A DNA stretch of 64,000 nt from assembly GCF_006345805.1 (NCBI RefSeq), contig NC_043003.1, forward strand, positions 106,578,001-106,642,000, read 5' to 3'. Origin of the DNA: Octopus sinensis (taxonomy: Eukaryota). The notes beneath the pieces are model-generated. The model was not told the DNA's origin and made no database searches. It was given only the letters and a program-made list of their open reading frames with translations. This document shows positions 1 through 10,838 of the stretch, in pieces (the first letter of the stretch is position 1; each line of letters opens with the position of its first letter). The translations under genes were made by a program, and so were the position numbers.

Positions 1-187
1 TTCTAAAGGTCTCAGTCGCTTGTCATCGTCTCTGTGAGGCCCAGTGTTCAAAGGTCATGCTTCACCACTTCAGCCCAGGTCTTCCTGGGTCTCCCTCTTC
101 CATACCTTCCCTCTACTGTTAGGATGTGACACTTCTTCACACAGCTGTCCTCATCCAAACATATCACCAGACCATACCAGCACAGTC
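1..187 (-). mobile_element. RTE-clade LINE, RT C-terminal remnant
   Basis: Minus strand translates to LCWYG...DEDSCVKKCHILTVEGRYGRGRPRKTWAEVVKHDL*TLGLTETM, the typical RTE ORF end (WxGHV...RGRPxKTW); contains stops. Confidence 0.8.
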
Positions 188-424
188 ATGGAAAAGATGT
201 TGAGACAGGTTTCCTGCTGTTGAATACTGGATGTTCTTCCTGTTGCCAACCCTCATTGGTTTCCAAGAAAAGTAATATTTCCCTTAGTAACTGGACATGT
301 TTTTGTGGAAGACTGCAGTTGAGAGAGACCACTTGTGTGATGGTGGATTTTATTTGCATTTAACACATGATGCAAGACAAGAAGACATGAAAACACACAC
401 TAAAAAAAGAAAAGAAAAAGGACT

Positions 425-790
425 TCTTTTCAGTTTTTTCCTACCAAATTCACCCACAAGGCTTCGGTTGGCCCAGAATGAAAGTACCATGCAGTAAGAT
501 TGGACCTGAAACTGTGTGGTTGTTAATGAAACTTCACCACACAGCCAGAAATCTTTTACTTGTTTCAGTTATTAGACTGCAGCCATGCTGGGGCACCACT
601 TTGAAGAGTTTTTAGTTGAATAAATCAACCCCCAGGACTTGCTCCTTTCAGTTTCAGTCAAACAAATCCACTTGAAAGGCTTGAAGCCATAGACGACAAT
701 TGCCCAAGGTGTCACTCAGTGAGACTGAACCGGGAACCAAGTGACTGGGAAGCAAAATACTTCCTACCACACAGCCCACACCTGTGCCTA
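425..790 (-). mobile_element. Two degenerate SINE-A fragments
   Basis: Matches the SINE-A tail (cttttacttgtttcag...gccatgctggggcacc) and head (actgaaccgggaacca...cttcctaccacacagcc). Confidence 0.75.
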
Positions 791-801
791 TATATATATT
801 A

Positions 802-836
<35 letters not shown>

Positions 837-921
837 CGGAGGAGTAAACACATAAATGTGAAACAGGTGGAAAAAAGAGTATCAAATACCAGTAGTAGAG
901 TAATATGCTAAAGTGTCTAAG

Positions 922-952
<31 letters not shown>

Positions 953-961
953 TATTATTAT

Positions 962-1376
962 ATTGTGCTTGAGAAGACCCGTCAAGCCAAGTGAAATCGT
1001 AGTTGTGACTGATGCTGGTGTCACATAACTGGCATGTAAAAAGCACCTTTTGAGCGCTGGGCCTCATGGAGGCAAGTGTTGGGCCTAACGGAAGCAATGA
1101 CTAAGACCTTTGGCATTATGTCGTGCTTGAGAAGATCCATCAAGCCAAGTAAAATCAGTGGGGGCAGATATTGGTGTCACACAAATGGCACCTGTGCCGG
1201 TGGAATGTGAAAGCCCCCATTACACTTTCGGAGTGGTTGGCGTTAGGAAGGGCATCAAGCTTTAGAAACCATGCCAAGTCAGACTGGAGTCCGATGCAGC
1301 CTTCCATCTTGCCAGCTCTGGTCAAACTGTCCAACCCATGCCAGTATGGACAACGGACGCTAAATGATGATGATGA
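962..1376 (+). mobile_element. RTE LINE 3' end (ORF end + 3' UTR + (GAT)n tail)
   Basis: ...DLWHYVVLEKIHQAK* ORF end, present twice, then ggttggcgttaggaagggcatc...ccaacccatgccag...ggacgctaaatgatgatgatg. Confidence 0.8.
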
Positions 1377-1392
1377 GATATATATATATATA

Positions 1393-1619
1393 GCGAGCTG
1401 GCTGAAACGTTAGCACGCCGGGCGAAATGCTTAGTGGTATTTCGTCTGCGTTACGTTGTGAGTTCAAATTCCGCCGAGGTCGACTTTGCCTTTCATCCTT
1501 TTGGGGTCGATAAATTAAGTACCAGTTATGCACTGGGATTGATGTAATTGACTTAATACCTATGTCTGTCCTTGTTTGTCCCCTCTATGTTTAGCCCCTT
1601 GTGGGTAATAAAGAAATAG
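1393..1619 (+). mobile_element. SINE-B
   Basis: gcgagctggctgaaacgttagcacgccgggcg...gagttcaaattccgccgaggtcgactttgcctttcatcc...aagaaatag; more than 12 copies in the window. Confidence 0.9.
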
Positions 1620-1643
1620 ATATATATATATAGGAAACCATTC

Positions 1644-1749
1644 TATTTATAACTGAGAAGCTACATCAGTGATTGAAGGACCTAGAGTTTCATACCAGAG
1701 CACTTACGAAACTGAAAGAGCCACTTGCGTAGTTTCTCAGCTATAAATA
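1644..1749. repeat. Imperfect inverted repeat (possible PLE-type remnant)
   Basis: tatttataactgagaagctac ... gtagtttctcagctataaata arms; inner agtttcata/tacgaaact pairing. Confidence 0.55.
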
Positions 1750-2599
1750 ATACAAATACTCCAGTTAATGTCAGAAGTTCTAGTCCCCGTGTTTATATAA
1801 CCTATCGTACATGTATAATATGAGTTTACGAGAGTGTATACGTGTTTGTATGTAATGTAATTTTAGTATAGTGAATTGCTTTAGATTTTTTGGCTGTTTT
1901 TTATGCAATGTAACATTGCAGTACTTTATCAAATGAAAGAAACATTACTTTCTCTTGCATTGGTGAAGAAACTAATAATTTCTAAAGTGTCTGAGTTAAT
2001 AAAAAAACAATAAAATATAATGAACACTAGAAAGACGGCTGGAATGAAGAGATGTAATCAACAGCCAACATTTTGAAATGTCAACAGAATTTTAAAATCT
2101 ATACTCCTACATAAATAACTATATTTAGCAATTTGCAGAATATCAAATTTAATTGGCCCAAGAGAAAGATTGAATCTCTTTGACTGTGTAGTTTAGCAGC
2201 AAAGTATTGGTAAAGCTAAACCAAACAGCTCTTTGATAATCTGCTTAGTCTGTTACTAAAACGGATTTAGCAGCACAACGTTCTGACTATGGTAAACAAA
2301 TGCAGCATAGAATTCTATTGAATGGCAATGCTTCAAATTTAAAACTCAAAGCATCGATTTGGAGGTGAATCTCTTCAGAGACTCTTTAAAGACAATTAAG
2401 ATTGCTTTATTTTCAAAGAAAAATTATGATATAAATCCTATTTCTGTGATTGGTTTTTTTTTGTTTTTTTGTTTTTGTCTTGCTTTTTTCTTCCAGCAAC
2501 AAAATCTAGGATTTCATTAAATAGCAGGCATGTCCACCAATAGACTATAAATGGAGTTCTTTGAAATTAAGCAGTGAAAATTAGTGTGTGTGTGTGTGT

Positions 2600-3552
2600 A
2601 AGAGAGGAAGAGAGAGAGAAGAGGAAGAGAGAGAGAGAGAGAGAGAGAGAGAAGAAAGAGGAAGAGAGAGAGAGAGAGAAGAAAGAGGAAGAGAGATGGA
2701 GGGAGAGGAAGAGAGATGGAGGAGAAGAGAGGAAGAGAAAGGCGGAGGGGGAGGAATGGATAGAGAAAGAGAAAGGGAGGAGAGGAAGAGAGATGGAGGG
2801 AGGAGGAAGAGGATGGAGGGAGAGGAAGAGAGCTGGGGAGAGGACGAGAAGATGGAGGGAGAGAGAGGAAGGAGGCTGGAGGGAGAGGAAGAGAGATGGA
2901 GGGAGAGGAAGAGAGATGGAGGGAGAGGAAGAGAGATGGAGGGAGAGGAAGAGAGATGGAGGGAGAGGAAGAGAGATGGAGGGGGAGGAAAGAGAGATGA
3001 GCGGGGGAGGAAGAGAGATGGAGGGGGAGGGAAGAGGATGGAGGGGGGGAAGAGAGATGGAGGGGGAGGAAGAGAGATGGAGGGGGGGAAGAGAGATGGA
3101 GGGAGAGGAAGAGAGATGGAGGGAGAGGAAGAGAGATGGAGGGAGAGGAAGAGAGATGGAGGGGGAGGAAGAGAGATGGAGGGGGAGGAAGAGAGATGGA
3201 GGGGGAGGAAGAGAGATGGAGGGGGAGGAAGAGAGATGGAGGGGGAGGAAGAGAAGATGGGAGGGGGAGGAAGAGAGATGGAGGGGGAGGAAGAGAGATG
3301 GAGGGGGAGGAAGAGAAGATGGAGGGGGAGAAGAGAGATGGAGGGGGAGGAAGAGAGATGGAGGGGGAGGAAGAGAGATGGAGGGGGAGGAAGAGAGAGG
3401 GAGGGGAAAAGGAAGAGAGAAGGAGAGGAAGAGAGAGATAGGAAGAGGAAGAGAAAGAGAGGGAGAGGAAGAGAAAGAGAGGGAGAGGAAGAGGGAAGGA
3501 GAGGAAGAGAGGGAAGGAGAGGAAAAGAGGGAAGGAGAGGAAGAGAGGGAGA
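2600..3552. repeat. Polypurine 20-bp minisatellite (gagagatggagggRgaggaa)n with GA-rich flanks
   Basis: Unit repeats directly from about 2870 to 3400; the plus strand is almost all purine. Confidence 0.95.
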
Positions 3553-3924
3553 GTGTGTTAATATAAATGGTGGCAATCTAATATTTCAATAAATCTGAAA
3601 GTAGTCGAAGATATTAAAATTTAATCTAATTAATAACAAAGGAAAGATTTAATTTCTAACGTCGAAACATACAACAATCGTTCAATTTTAATGGAGCTAA
3701 GAGAGAAAATTGGAAAATTTAGGAAAAGAAGAAAGAAAAAAAAGACAATTTCCATCTGTAACTAGAAAACAGAAGTTCTGTAGAATAGCAGAATGGTTTG
3801 TGATATTTAATAGAAGAATATTTACAAAAAGAAAGGATGAATTGTGAAAGAAATTCAAAAGATATGTTAGAAATCAACAAAGTATTTTTTAAACATTATG
3901 TAACACTAGGATAGAAAGTATTGA

Positions 3925-3925
<1 letters not shown>

Positions 3926-3957
<32 letters not shown>
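3926..3957. repeat. (AAT)n microsatellite
   Basis: Direct read. Confidence 0.95.
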
Positions 3958-3959
<2 letters not shown>

Positions 3960-4008
3960 CTCATTAACTCTTTGCCTGTCCAAAGCATTTTTACAAGTTT
4001 ATCCTAAA

Positions 4009-4519
4009 CTAGCAGTATCGCCCGGCGTTGCTCGGATTTGTAAGGGAAATAACTATATAAGCACTTAGAGAGAGGTTACTTCCCTTATAGATGCCAATTC
4101 GGGCTTTCTTAGCCATTTTGTTTTGGTGTCTTCAAGCCATGAGTCGTTGTTTAAAAGAACGATGGTCTCCTTGACAAGCTTTACGACGTGATTTCCTTAC
4201 ACTCCCTTCCCCACAGCTTCACGAGGGAGGGAAGAAGGGGGAGAAGCAAACAGGTGCAGGTGTGACCATGGATGCCAACTCCGCCGCCATCGACACACGA
4301 AAAATTATTGCATTAAAATGGAATAAAAAAATTATGTTAAATTAATTTTAAAATCGTAGACTCATCGTAGACGTGCGCTAATAGCCAGACGGGCTCGATA
4401 TGAATCCCGACTATAAGATACCCGAATTTGGTTAAACTGCACCGCAAAATGTGGGAGTAGTTAGGAATCTAAATCGAAGGGGACAGACACTCACACAACT
4501 ACAGTTTTATATATATAGA
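4009..4519 (-). mobile_element. Non-autonomous Helitron
   Basis: Minus strand begins TC(tatatatataaaa) and ends ccgagcaacgccgggcgatactgCTAG, inserted between A and T with no TSD; sister copies at 23779 and 62337. Confidence 0.8.
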
Positions 4520-4690
4520 TGTCCGTGCTTGTCCTCAGACATTTAGTTCTTGTTTCATATGTTCTGAGCCATACAAATCCCAAGTTAGTCTGCCGGTTGG
4601 AAAAAATTGGGAATATGTATCACATATGATGCAGGAATGTTGTGGGAATATGTGCTGAGTATCACGTGATACAGGGGACAGGCAAAGGGC

Positions 4691-4721
4691 TTCCTTAAGC
4701 ATCCTTAGGATGCTTAAGGAA
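4691..4721. repeat. Perfect palindrome, 15-bp arms with 1-nt spacer
   Basis: ttccttaagcatcct-t-aggatgcttaaggaa. Confidence 0.95.
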
Positions 4722-4754
4722 ACACTGGAAACTATCTACATGTAATGAATTGTT

Positions 4755-5120
4755 CATCATCATTTAATGTCCGCTTTCCATGCTAGCATGGGTTGGACGA
4801 TTTGACTGAGGTCTGGCGAACCAGACTCCAATCTGATCTGGAAGAGTTTCTACAGCTGGATGCTGTTCATAACGCCAACCACTCCGAGAGTGTAGTGGGT
4901 GCTTTTACGTGCCACTGGCATATTCCCAGTTTGGTGGTACTGGCAACGGCCACGCCCAATGGTGCTTTTTATGTGCCACCTGTACAGGAGCCAGTCCAGT
5001 GGCACTGGCGACGACCTAGCTCGAATGTTTCATGTGCCACCAGCACAAGTGCCAGTAAGGCGACGCAGTAACGATCACACTCGGATGGTGTGTTTAACGT
5101 GCCATCAGCACGAAGGCCAG
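4755..5120 (-). mobile_element. RTE LINE 3' UTR with internal ~60-bp tandem units
   Basis: catcatcatttaatgtccgctttccatgctagcatgggttggac..., repeated ggtgcttttacgtgccac. Confidence 0.85.
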
Positions 5121-5551
5121 CTATCAACAGATTATTGTCCTCTTCTGAGCCATGAGAGGATCTAAACGTTAGTAAAATTAATCTTTCCACAATCAAGTTA
5201 TACGTAAGTATTATAGGGGTCATAGGAGATTAACCAATTTGATGAGGAAAGTTTCAGCCTCTGTTATTCTATGTTTCTGGCAAAACCTCTTGAATTTAGA
5301 AAAAAAAAAAAAAATACCAACTAGTTTTCACTCCAAGTCAGGAGAGCTCTATTTTGCCTATGGAAAATTTCCAAACATGTGAACTTCCCTAGCAGACAAT
5401 TAATACAAGGGAGATAATCATTTCTTCATAATATTTGGTAGGATTAAAAGTTTAAAATTCAAATTAACAAGATACACAGAATATACAATTTTTTGTTTTT
5501 TGCTTTTGTCTCTTTATTAAGAAGTTTCTAGTTTTAGGTAATCATCTATAG

Positions 5552-5905
5552 CACCAAGCTAATATGGCAGTCCATAAATATAAGACTAAAGCTGCAGTTG
5601 ATCAGCTCCAAGAGGCCATTGCCTCTAGCTAGCTATATGACACACGAACCTGTGTCCATTATAACCTTCGAACAGGGGAGATCAGCCGCTTCCCCTTGCT
5701 GGTCAGACATCTGCAAACCTGTTTCAGGGTATTTGCCCGTATCAATGCAGAGTAGCCAGACCTCCCCTGTTCGAAGGTTATAATGGACACAGGTCCGTGT
5801 GTCATATAGCTAGCTAGAGGCAATGGCCTCTTGGAGCTAATCAACGGCAGCTTTAGTCCTATATAAATGGACTGCCATATTAGCTTGGTGATAACTGTTA
5901 ATTAC
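5552..5905 (-). mobile_element. PLE-type hammerhead element, family E, with ~135-bp inverted arms
   Basis: 5552-5690 is the near reverse complement of 5760-5890; homologous to 31522-31884; centre encodes a hammerhead-like core. Confidence 0.75.
5710..5751 (-). ncRNA. Degenerate minimal type I hammerhead ribozyme
   Basis: Minus strand: tctgca TTGATAC ggg caaata ccct GAAA cagg TT tgcaga (stem I tctgca/tgcaga, stem II ggg/ccc). Confidence 0.55.
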
Positions 5906-5963
5906 CAGTACCGCTGCTGTAGTCTCCTTTAGAGAGACTTAGAAATTTTAATATTTCTATCTA

Positions 5964-6126
5964 TAGGCGCAGGAGTGGCTGCGTGGTAAGTAGCTTGCTA
6001 ACCAACTACATGGTTCCGGGTTCAGTCCCACTGCGTAGCATCTTGGGCAAGTGTCTTCTGCTATAGCCCCGGCCGACCAATGCTTGTGAGGGATTGGTGG
6101 TAGACGGAAATGAAAGAAGCCTTAAG

Positions 6127-6157
<31 letters not shown>

Positions 6158-6378
6158 TATATGTGTGTGTGTGTGGTGTGTGTTTGTGTTTGTCCCCTTA
6201 GCATTACTTGACAACCAATGCTGGCGTGTTTACGTCCCCGTCACTTAGCGGTTCGGCAAAAGAGTCCGGTAGAATAAATACTGGACTTACAAAAAATAAG
6301 TCCCGGGATCGATTAGCTCGACTAAAGGTGGTGCTCCAGCATGGCCGCAGTCAAATGACTGAAAACAAGTAAAAGAGT
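5964..6378 (+). mobile_element. SINE-A full length (tRNA-like head, internal (TA)n(TG)n, gtaaaaga tail)
   Basis: ggcgcaggagtggctgcgtggtaag (A box) ... ccgggttcagtccc (B box) ... caaatgactgaaaacaagtaaaagag. Confidence 0.92.
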
Positions 6379-7157
6379 ATAGCACCATTTCAAAAAAAAA
6401 AAAAAACCAACTGCCCAAACTTCCAGTTTTCCATTCCTTATTACTGAAATAAATAAAAGAATCATATTGAAGAAATCTTAATCAACATTCTTACCCTAAT
6501 CCTAAAGGTATTAAGGCTGCTGCATTAAAAACCGATGTAAGGGTTTGCAGAGTGAGTCAGTAATTCAGCTTATTGTAAAGCTACTTTGGCTGAAGCGGTG
6601 CCAAGAGAAATCTGACTTAAGTGAAAAATAATCAGACCACTTTTGTTGTCAGTTTTAGTCTTAACTCCTCAGTGAAAAGGCATTAACAATTACAGTATCT
6701 AAATGGCTGATAATAAATGGAATTCAGTAACTCGTTACGAAATTCTCATAATGAAGATGTTTAATTTAATGCAAATTTCAAGTTGTTTAATACACAGTGT
6801 TTTATAAAGAGGAAAATAAAAGTTCTCTTTGAATATAGAAATTAAATCAATACTTTTACATGGTTAACTGTAGTCTTAAAGTATTAATTCTCATTTGGCT
6901 GCTATTTAGTACCAGGTCAGCCTGGATTGTGGGGTGGGTGGGGGGGAACTTTAATCAAAAGGCACTCAAGCTAGGATTAACTTGTCTTTTCAGCCAGTTC
7001 ACAGTTCATCTCGGACTACAATATTGATGTTCTCTTTTCTTAAAGATGTTGGAGTAGCAAAGAGCAATGTATGGCAGCGTTTAGCTTGGTTTCTCAAGTT
7101 CTTGAGAGTACCAGTAAGATAATGGGGTTATTTCATTTGCTTAAATACCTTAATTTA

Positions 7158-7426
7158 AAGCAATCGGCCTCCGTGCTGGTGGCACGTAAAAAGCACCATC
7201 GAGCGTGGCCGTTCGCCAGCCTTGTCTGGCACCTGTGTCGGTGGCACATAAAAAGCACCCACTACACTCACGGAGTGGTTGGCATTAGGAAGGGCATCCA
7301 GCTGTAGAAACACTGCCAGATCAGACTGGAGCCTGGTGCAGCCTCCTGGCTTCCCAAACCCCAGTTGAACCGTCCAACCCATGCTAGCATGGAAATGCGG
7401 ACGTTAAACGATGATGATGATGATGA
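7158..7426 (+). mobile_element. RTE LINE 3' UTR
   Basis: ggtggcacgtaaaaagcacc units, ggcattaggaagggcatccagctgtagaaac, (GAT)n tail. Confidence 0.85.
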
Positions 7427-8210
7427 ATATAACAAAACCATCGGGCCTTGTGCCTAGAGAAGAAATATAATGAAACTATTTCAAAGGAAAAAAAAAAGAA
7501 AAAACCCCAAATAAGTTCTATATTAGACATGGTTGGGTGATTAAGAAATTCACTCAGCAAACGTGTAATTCCAGGTGTTTGATTCCACTATGCAGTGCTC
7601 TGAGTAAATGTCTGTTTTCTCCAAGAGTCTCAGGTTGTTCAATATCTTGGGAGTGAAATTGATAGATCGAAGCTAATCAGAACCTGCCATATATAGATCT
7701 GTGAGCATGTGTGTGCCTACATTTAGATGTTCATAGTCTAAAAAGCAGTGTTGCAGCCAAACTGCCCTCAAATCTCACCCAATAGGGTTAAAACACACAC
7801 ATACATACATACACACAAACATGAATAATGCATTGAGATATGCTATACCTGAAAAAATAAAAGTGGTGGGAGAGATGGTCATGATCAGAACGTCTCTGAT
7901 CATAGATTTGCTCAATCAAGATTAATGACTTGGTGCTAAACAACAACATACCAACAACCCGTCTAAAACACACACCAAAAGTTCTATTTGGATGGGAGTG
8001 TGTGGTAAAAGTACCAAAGTACCAGCTGGTAATTAACAAGATATATTACGATAGAAGGAATCACAAAAATAACAAAATATTTTTGTACAGCAAGACTAAA
8101 AGTGTTCGCATCTTGTATACATTTCCTGCAAAATACATTTGTGTTATGATTCTTCAGGGAACTGATAAGTGGAGGAAGGTTTATTTTCTTTCTTTCTTTT
8201 TTTTTTTTAG

Positions 8211-8288
8211 GGAATTCTAGATCAAGTTTAGAACAGAAGAGAATCCAGTCACCCCAATCAGAAGCCACACATTTTGGATATGGAACAG
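8211..8288 (+). other. Candidate 78-nt symmetric internal exon
   Basis: Long polypyrimidine tract + AG acceptor and CAG|GTAAAC donor; one open frame (NSRSSLEQKRIQSPQSEATHFGYGT); no partner exon or homology recognised. Confidence 0.25.
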
Positions 8289-8759
8289 GTAAACTTGAAA
8301 CCATTGACACTTACATGTGTTGTTGTTGTTGTTTCAAAGTAAGAACTACTTAATACTGTACATAGATTCCAGCTGTCATGGAATGGTAAAACCATAAGAG
8401 AATTAAGAGAAGGAAGAAAGGAAAATGAAATAGGAGACAGAATGGTAAGAGAAGGTCAGAAATAGGATAGAAGAAAGGGTGCAGATCCAAGGATGTTGCC
8501 AGGTTAACCTTCAGTTAATATTTCAACTAAATAAAAAAAAGGCAAAAACTGTAGTTTCAGGATGGTTGTGATTCTAAAATTCTATCCTGCCTTTTAGCAT
8601 TTATTTCTAAGACATGTACAAAGCCTCAGATTTCAGGGGTTGGATGTAGTTGATTATACCGACCCCAAGTAATGACTGGTATTTTATTTTGCTGACCACC
8701 AGTCTTTGTTGCTGTGTAAAAGATTATTTGCCTCAATGACTTGAGAGCGATGCCAATGG

Positions 8760-9045
8760 GGTGAAAACTCCCAACAGAGCCTCTTGTGCTGGACAAGTCA
8801 AAGAACAGAAGCCGGACTAATATGGACTGCTTGCTTCCAAGAATAAAAATTAGGTTGCGACTAGAACAAAAACAAATTTACAGAAATACTGATGACAATT
8901 CAAAACCAACAAGACTTGGGGTAAACATACAAATCCACAAGTGGGGACACCTTAAGAGCTGGAAATGGATCCAACTGGAGAAGAAGCAGAGAAAAAGGCC
9001 CAGAGTTGAGGACAGTGAAGGCCAGTTGTTGATGGTTTGATGTAA
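8760..9045 (+). mobile_element. Decayed LINE (RTE-like) 3' remnant between SINE-B fragments
   Basis: WIQLEKKQRKRP...gttgttgatggtttgatg resembles an RTE ORF end; SINE-B pieces at 8630-8700 and 9055-9130. Confidence 0.35.
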
Positions 9046-9379
9046 AGAGCTGAAGTATGTTATTTTATCAACCCTGGGAAAATGAAGGGTAAAGTTTTGA
9101 CTTCAGCAGGATTTCAACTCAGAATGCAAAGAACTATGCAGTGTTCCACCAATTTTGCCAGATTCCATAATAACAGTAATTGGTGTCAGCAGGCAATTAA
9201 TAAAAAAACAAATAAATAAATAAATCAGCTATGATGAAGTAGACACAGAGTTAAGGCCCTTGCAGCACACTGTTAGTAATAAGATCTGAATTATAACCTT
9301 ATGGTCACAGCATCTGAACATCACAATATATAAAGGTTTACATTATGACAGCAGGTTCATTCATTCACAAAGACAAAAC

Positions 9380-9426
<47 letters not shown>

Positions 9427-9790
9427 ACACACAAACACAAACTTTAAAGGAGAATTTGTGCCTGAAATTACAACAAAAGCCCAAATTGGTGACCTTTGAC
9501 ATCCATTTTTTATGCCATTAAATACATAAACTTTGAACCATTCTTAGGGTTCTTACCAAAAATGGATAGGATTGCTTCCTTTAATCTATTGAGAGTCTTG
9601 AATCAATTTCTGATGACTACTAATTTTCCACATTGAAGGGGAAAGAGAAAAACCAAAAAAAGACCAATCAGATTTCAGAGACTTTAGTGACTATTCAACT
9701 GCAACTGGCATCCTGTTCTACCTTCCAAGAAATGTGACGTGTAGTTTGGGGTTTGGTAAGTCTTAGTAGAATAAGTTATTGGGTAGAATA

Positions 9791-10193
9791 AGGCGGCCAG
9801 CTGGCAGAAATGTTAGCACACTAGGCGAAATGCTTAGCAGTATTTCGTCTGCCGCTACGTTCTGAGTTCAAATTCTGCTGAGGTCGACTTTGCCTTTCAT
9901 CTTTTTGGGGTCGATAAATTAAGCACCAGTTATGCACTGGGGTTCATGTAATTGACTTAATCGGTTTGTCCCCTCTGTTTTTAGCCCCTTGTGGGTAGTA
10001 AAGAAATAGGTATTTCATCTGCCGCTATGTTTTAAGTTCAAATTCCGCCGAGGTCAACTTTGCCTTTCATCCTTTCAGGGTCAATTAAATAAGTACCAGT
10101 TACGCACTGGGGTCGATATAATCGACTTAATCTGTTTGTCTGTCCTTGTTTGTCCCCTCTGTTTTTAGCCCCTTGTGGGCAGTAAAGAAACAA
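9791..10193 (+). mobile_element. SINE-B head-to-tail dimer
   Basis: Second unit starts at ggtatttcatctgccg (about 10009); agaataagttattgggt duplicated on both flanks. Confidence 0.9.
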
Positions 10194-10439
10194 GAATAAG
10201 TTATTGGGTGGCTGCCTTATTTCATGGCCAAAACAATCTTTTTCCTCCCAATTACCACAGTAATGTCTAGTGAAGAGCTATGTGTGGAGGTGTATGTATG
10301 CCTCCAGCGCCAAAAAAAGGGCTGTCGCCAAAACAGTCAGCTGTGCCAAATCATCTCATTCCAGGGGACGACAGAATTGTTGCAACAAACAACACCTTGT
10401 GATGTTTTGCTCTGTTTCAGTTCTCTTTCATTATATTTA

Positions 10440-10838
10440 CTCTCTTTTACTCTTTTACTTGTTTCAGTCATTTGACTGTGGCCATGCTGGAGCACCGCCT
10501 TTAATCGAGCAACTCGACCCCAGGACTTATTCTTTGTAAGCCCAGTCTCTTTTGCCGAACCGCTAAGTGACGGGGACGTAAACACACCAGCATCAGTTGT
10601 CAAGCAATGCTAGGGGGACAAACATAGACACACAAACACATACACACACACTTATATATATATATACATATATACGACAGGCTTCTTTCAGTTTCCGTCT
10701 ACCAAATCCACTCACAAGGCTTTGGTCAGCCCGGGGCTATAGCAGAAGACACTTGCCAAATATGCCACACAGTGGGACTGAACCCGGAACCGTGTGGTTG
10801 GTAAGCAAGCTACTTACCACACAGCCACTCCTGCGCCT
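10440..10838 (-). mobile_element. SINE-A
   Basis: Reverse complement of the 5964-6378 family. Confidence 0.9.

Noticed and set aside
838-920. Short unique-looking insert within (TA)n, possible PLE fragment
   Set aside because: No second copy or diagnostic motif in this window
2574-3592. 330-334-aa E/R/G-rich and P/S/L-rich ORFs
   Set aside because: Open on several frames and both strands only because the purine minisatellite lacks stop codons
5598-5844. Two near-identical 61-aa ORFs on opposite strands
   Set aside because: Consequence of the inverted repeat; non-ATG starts and no coding evidence
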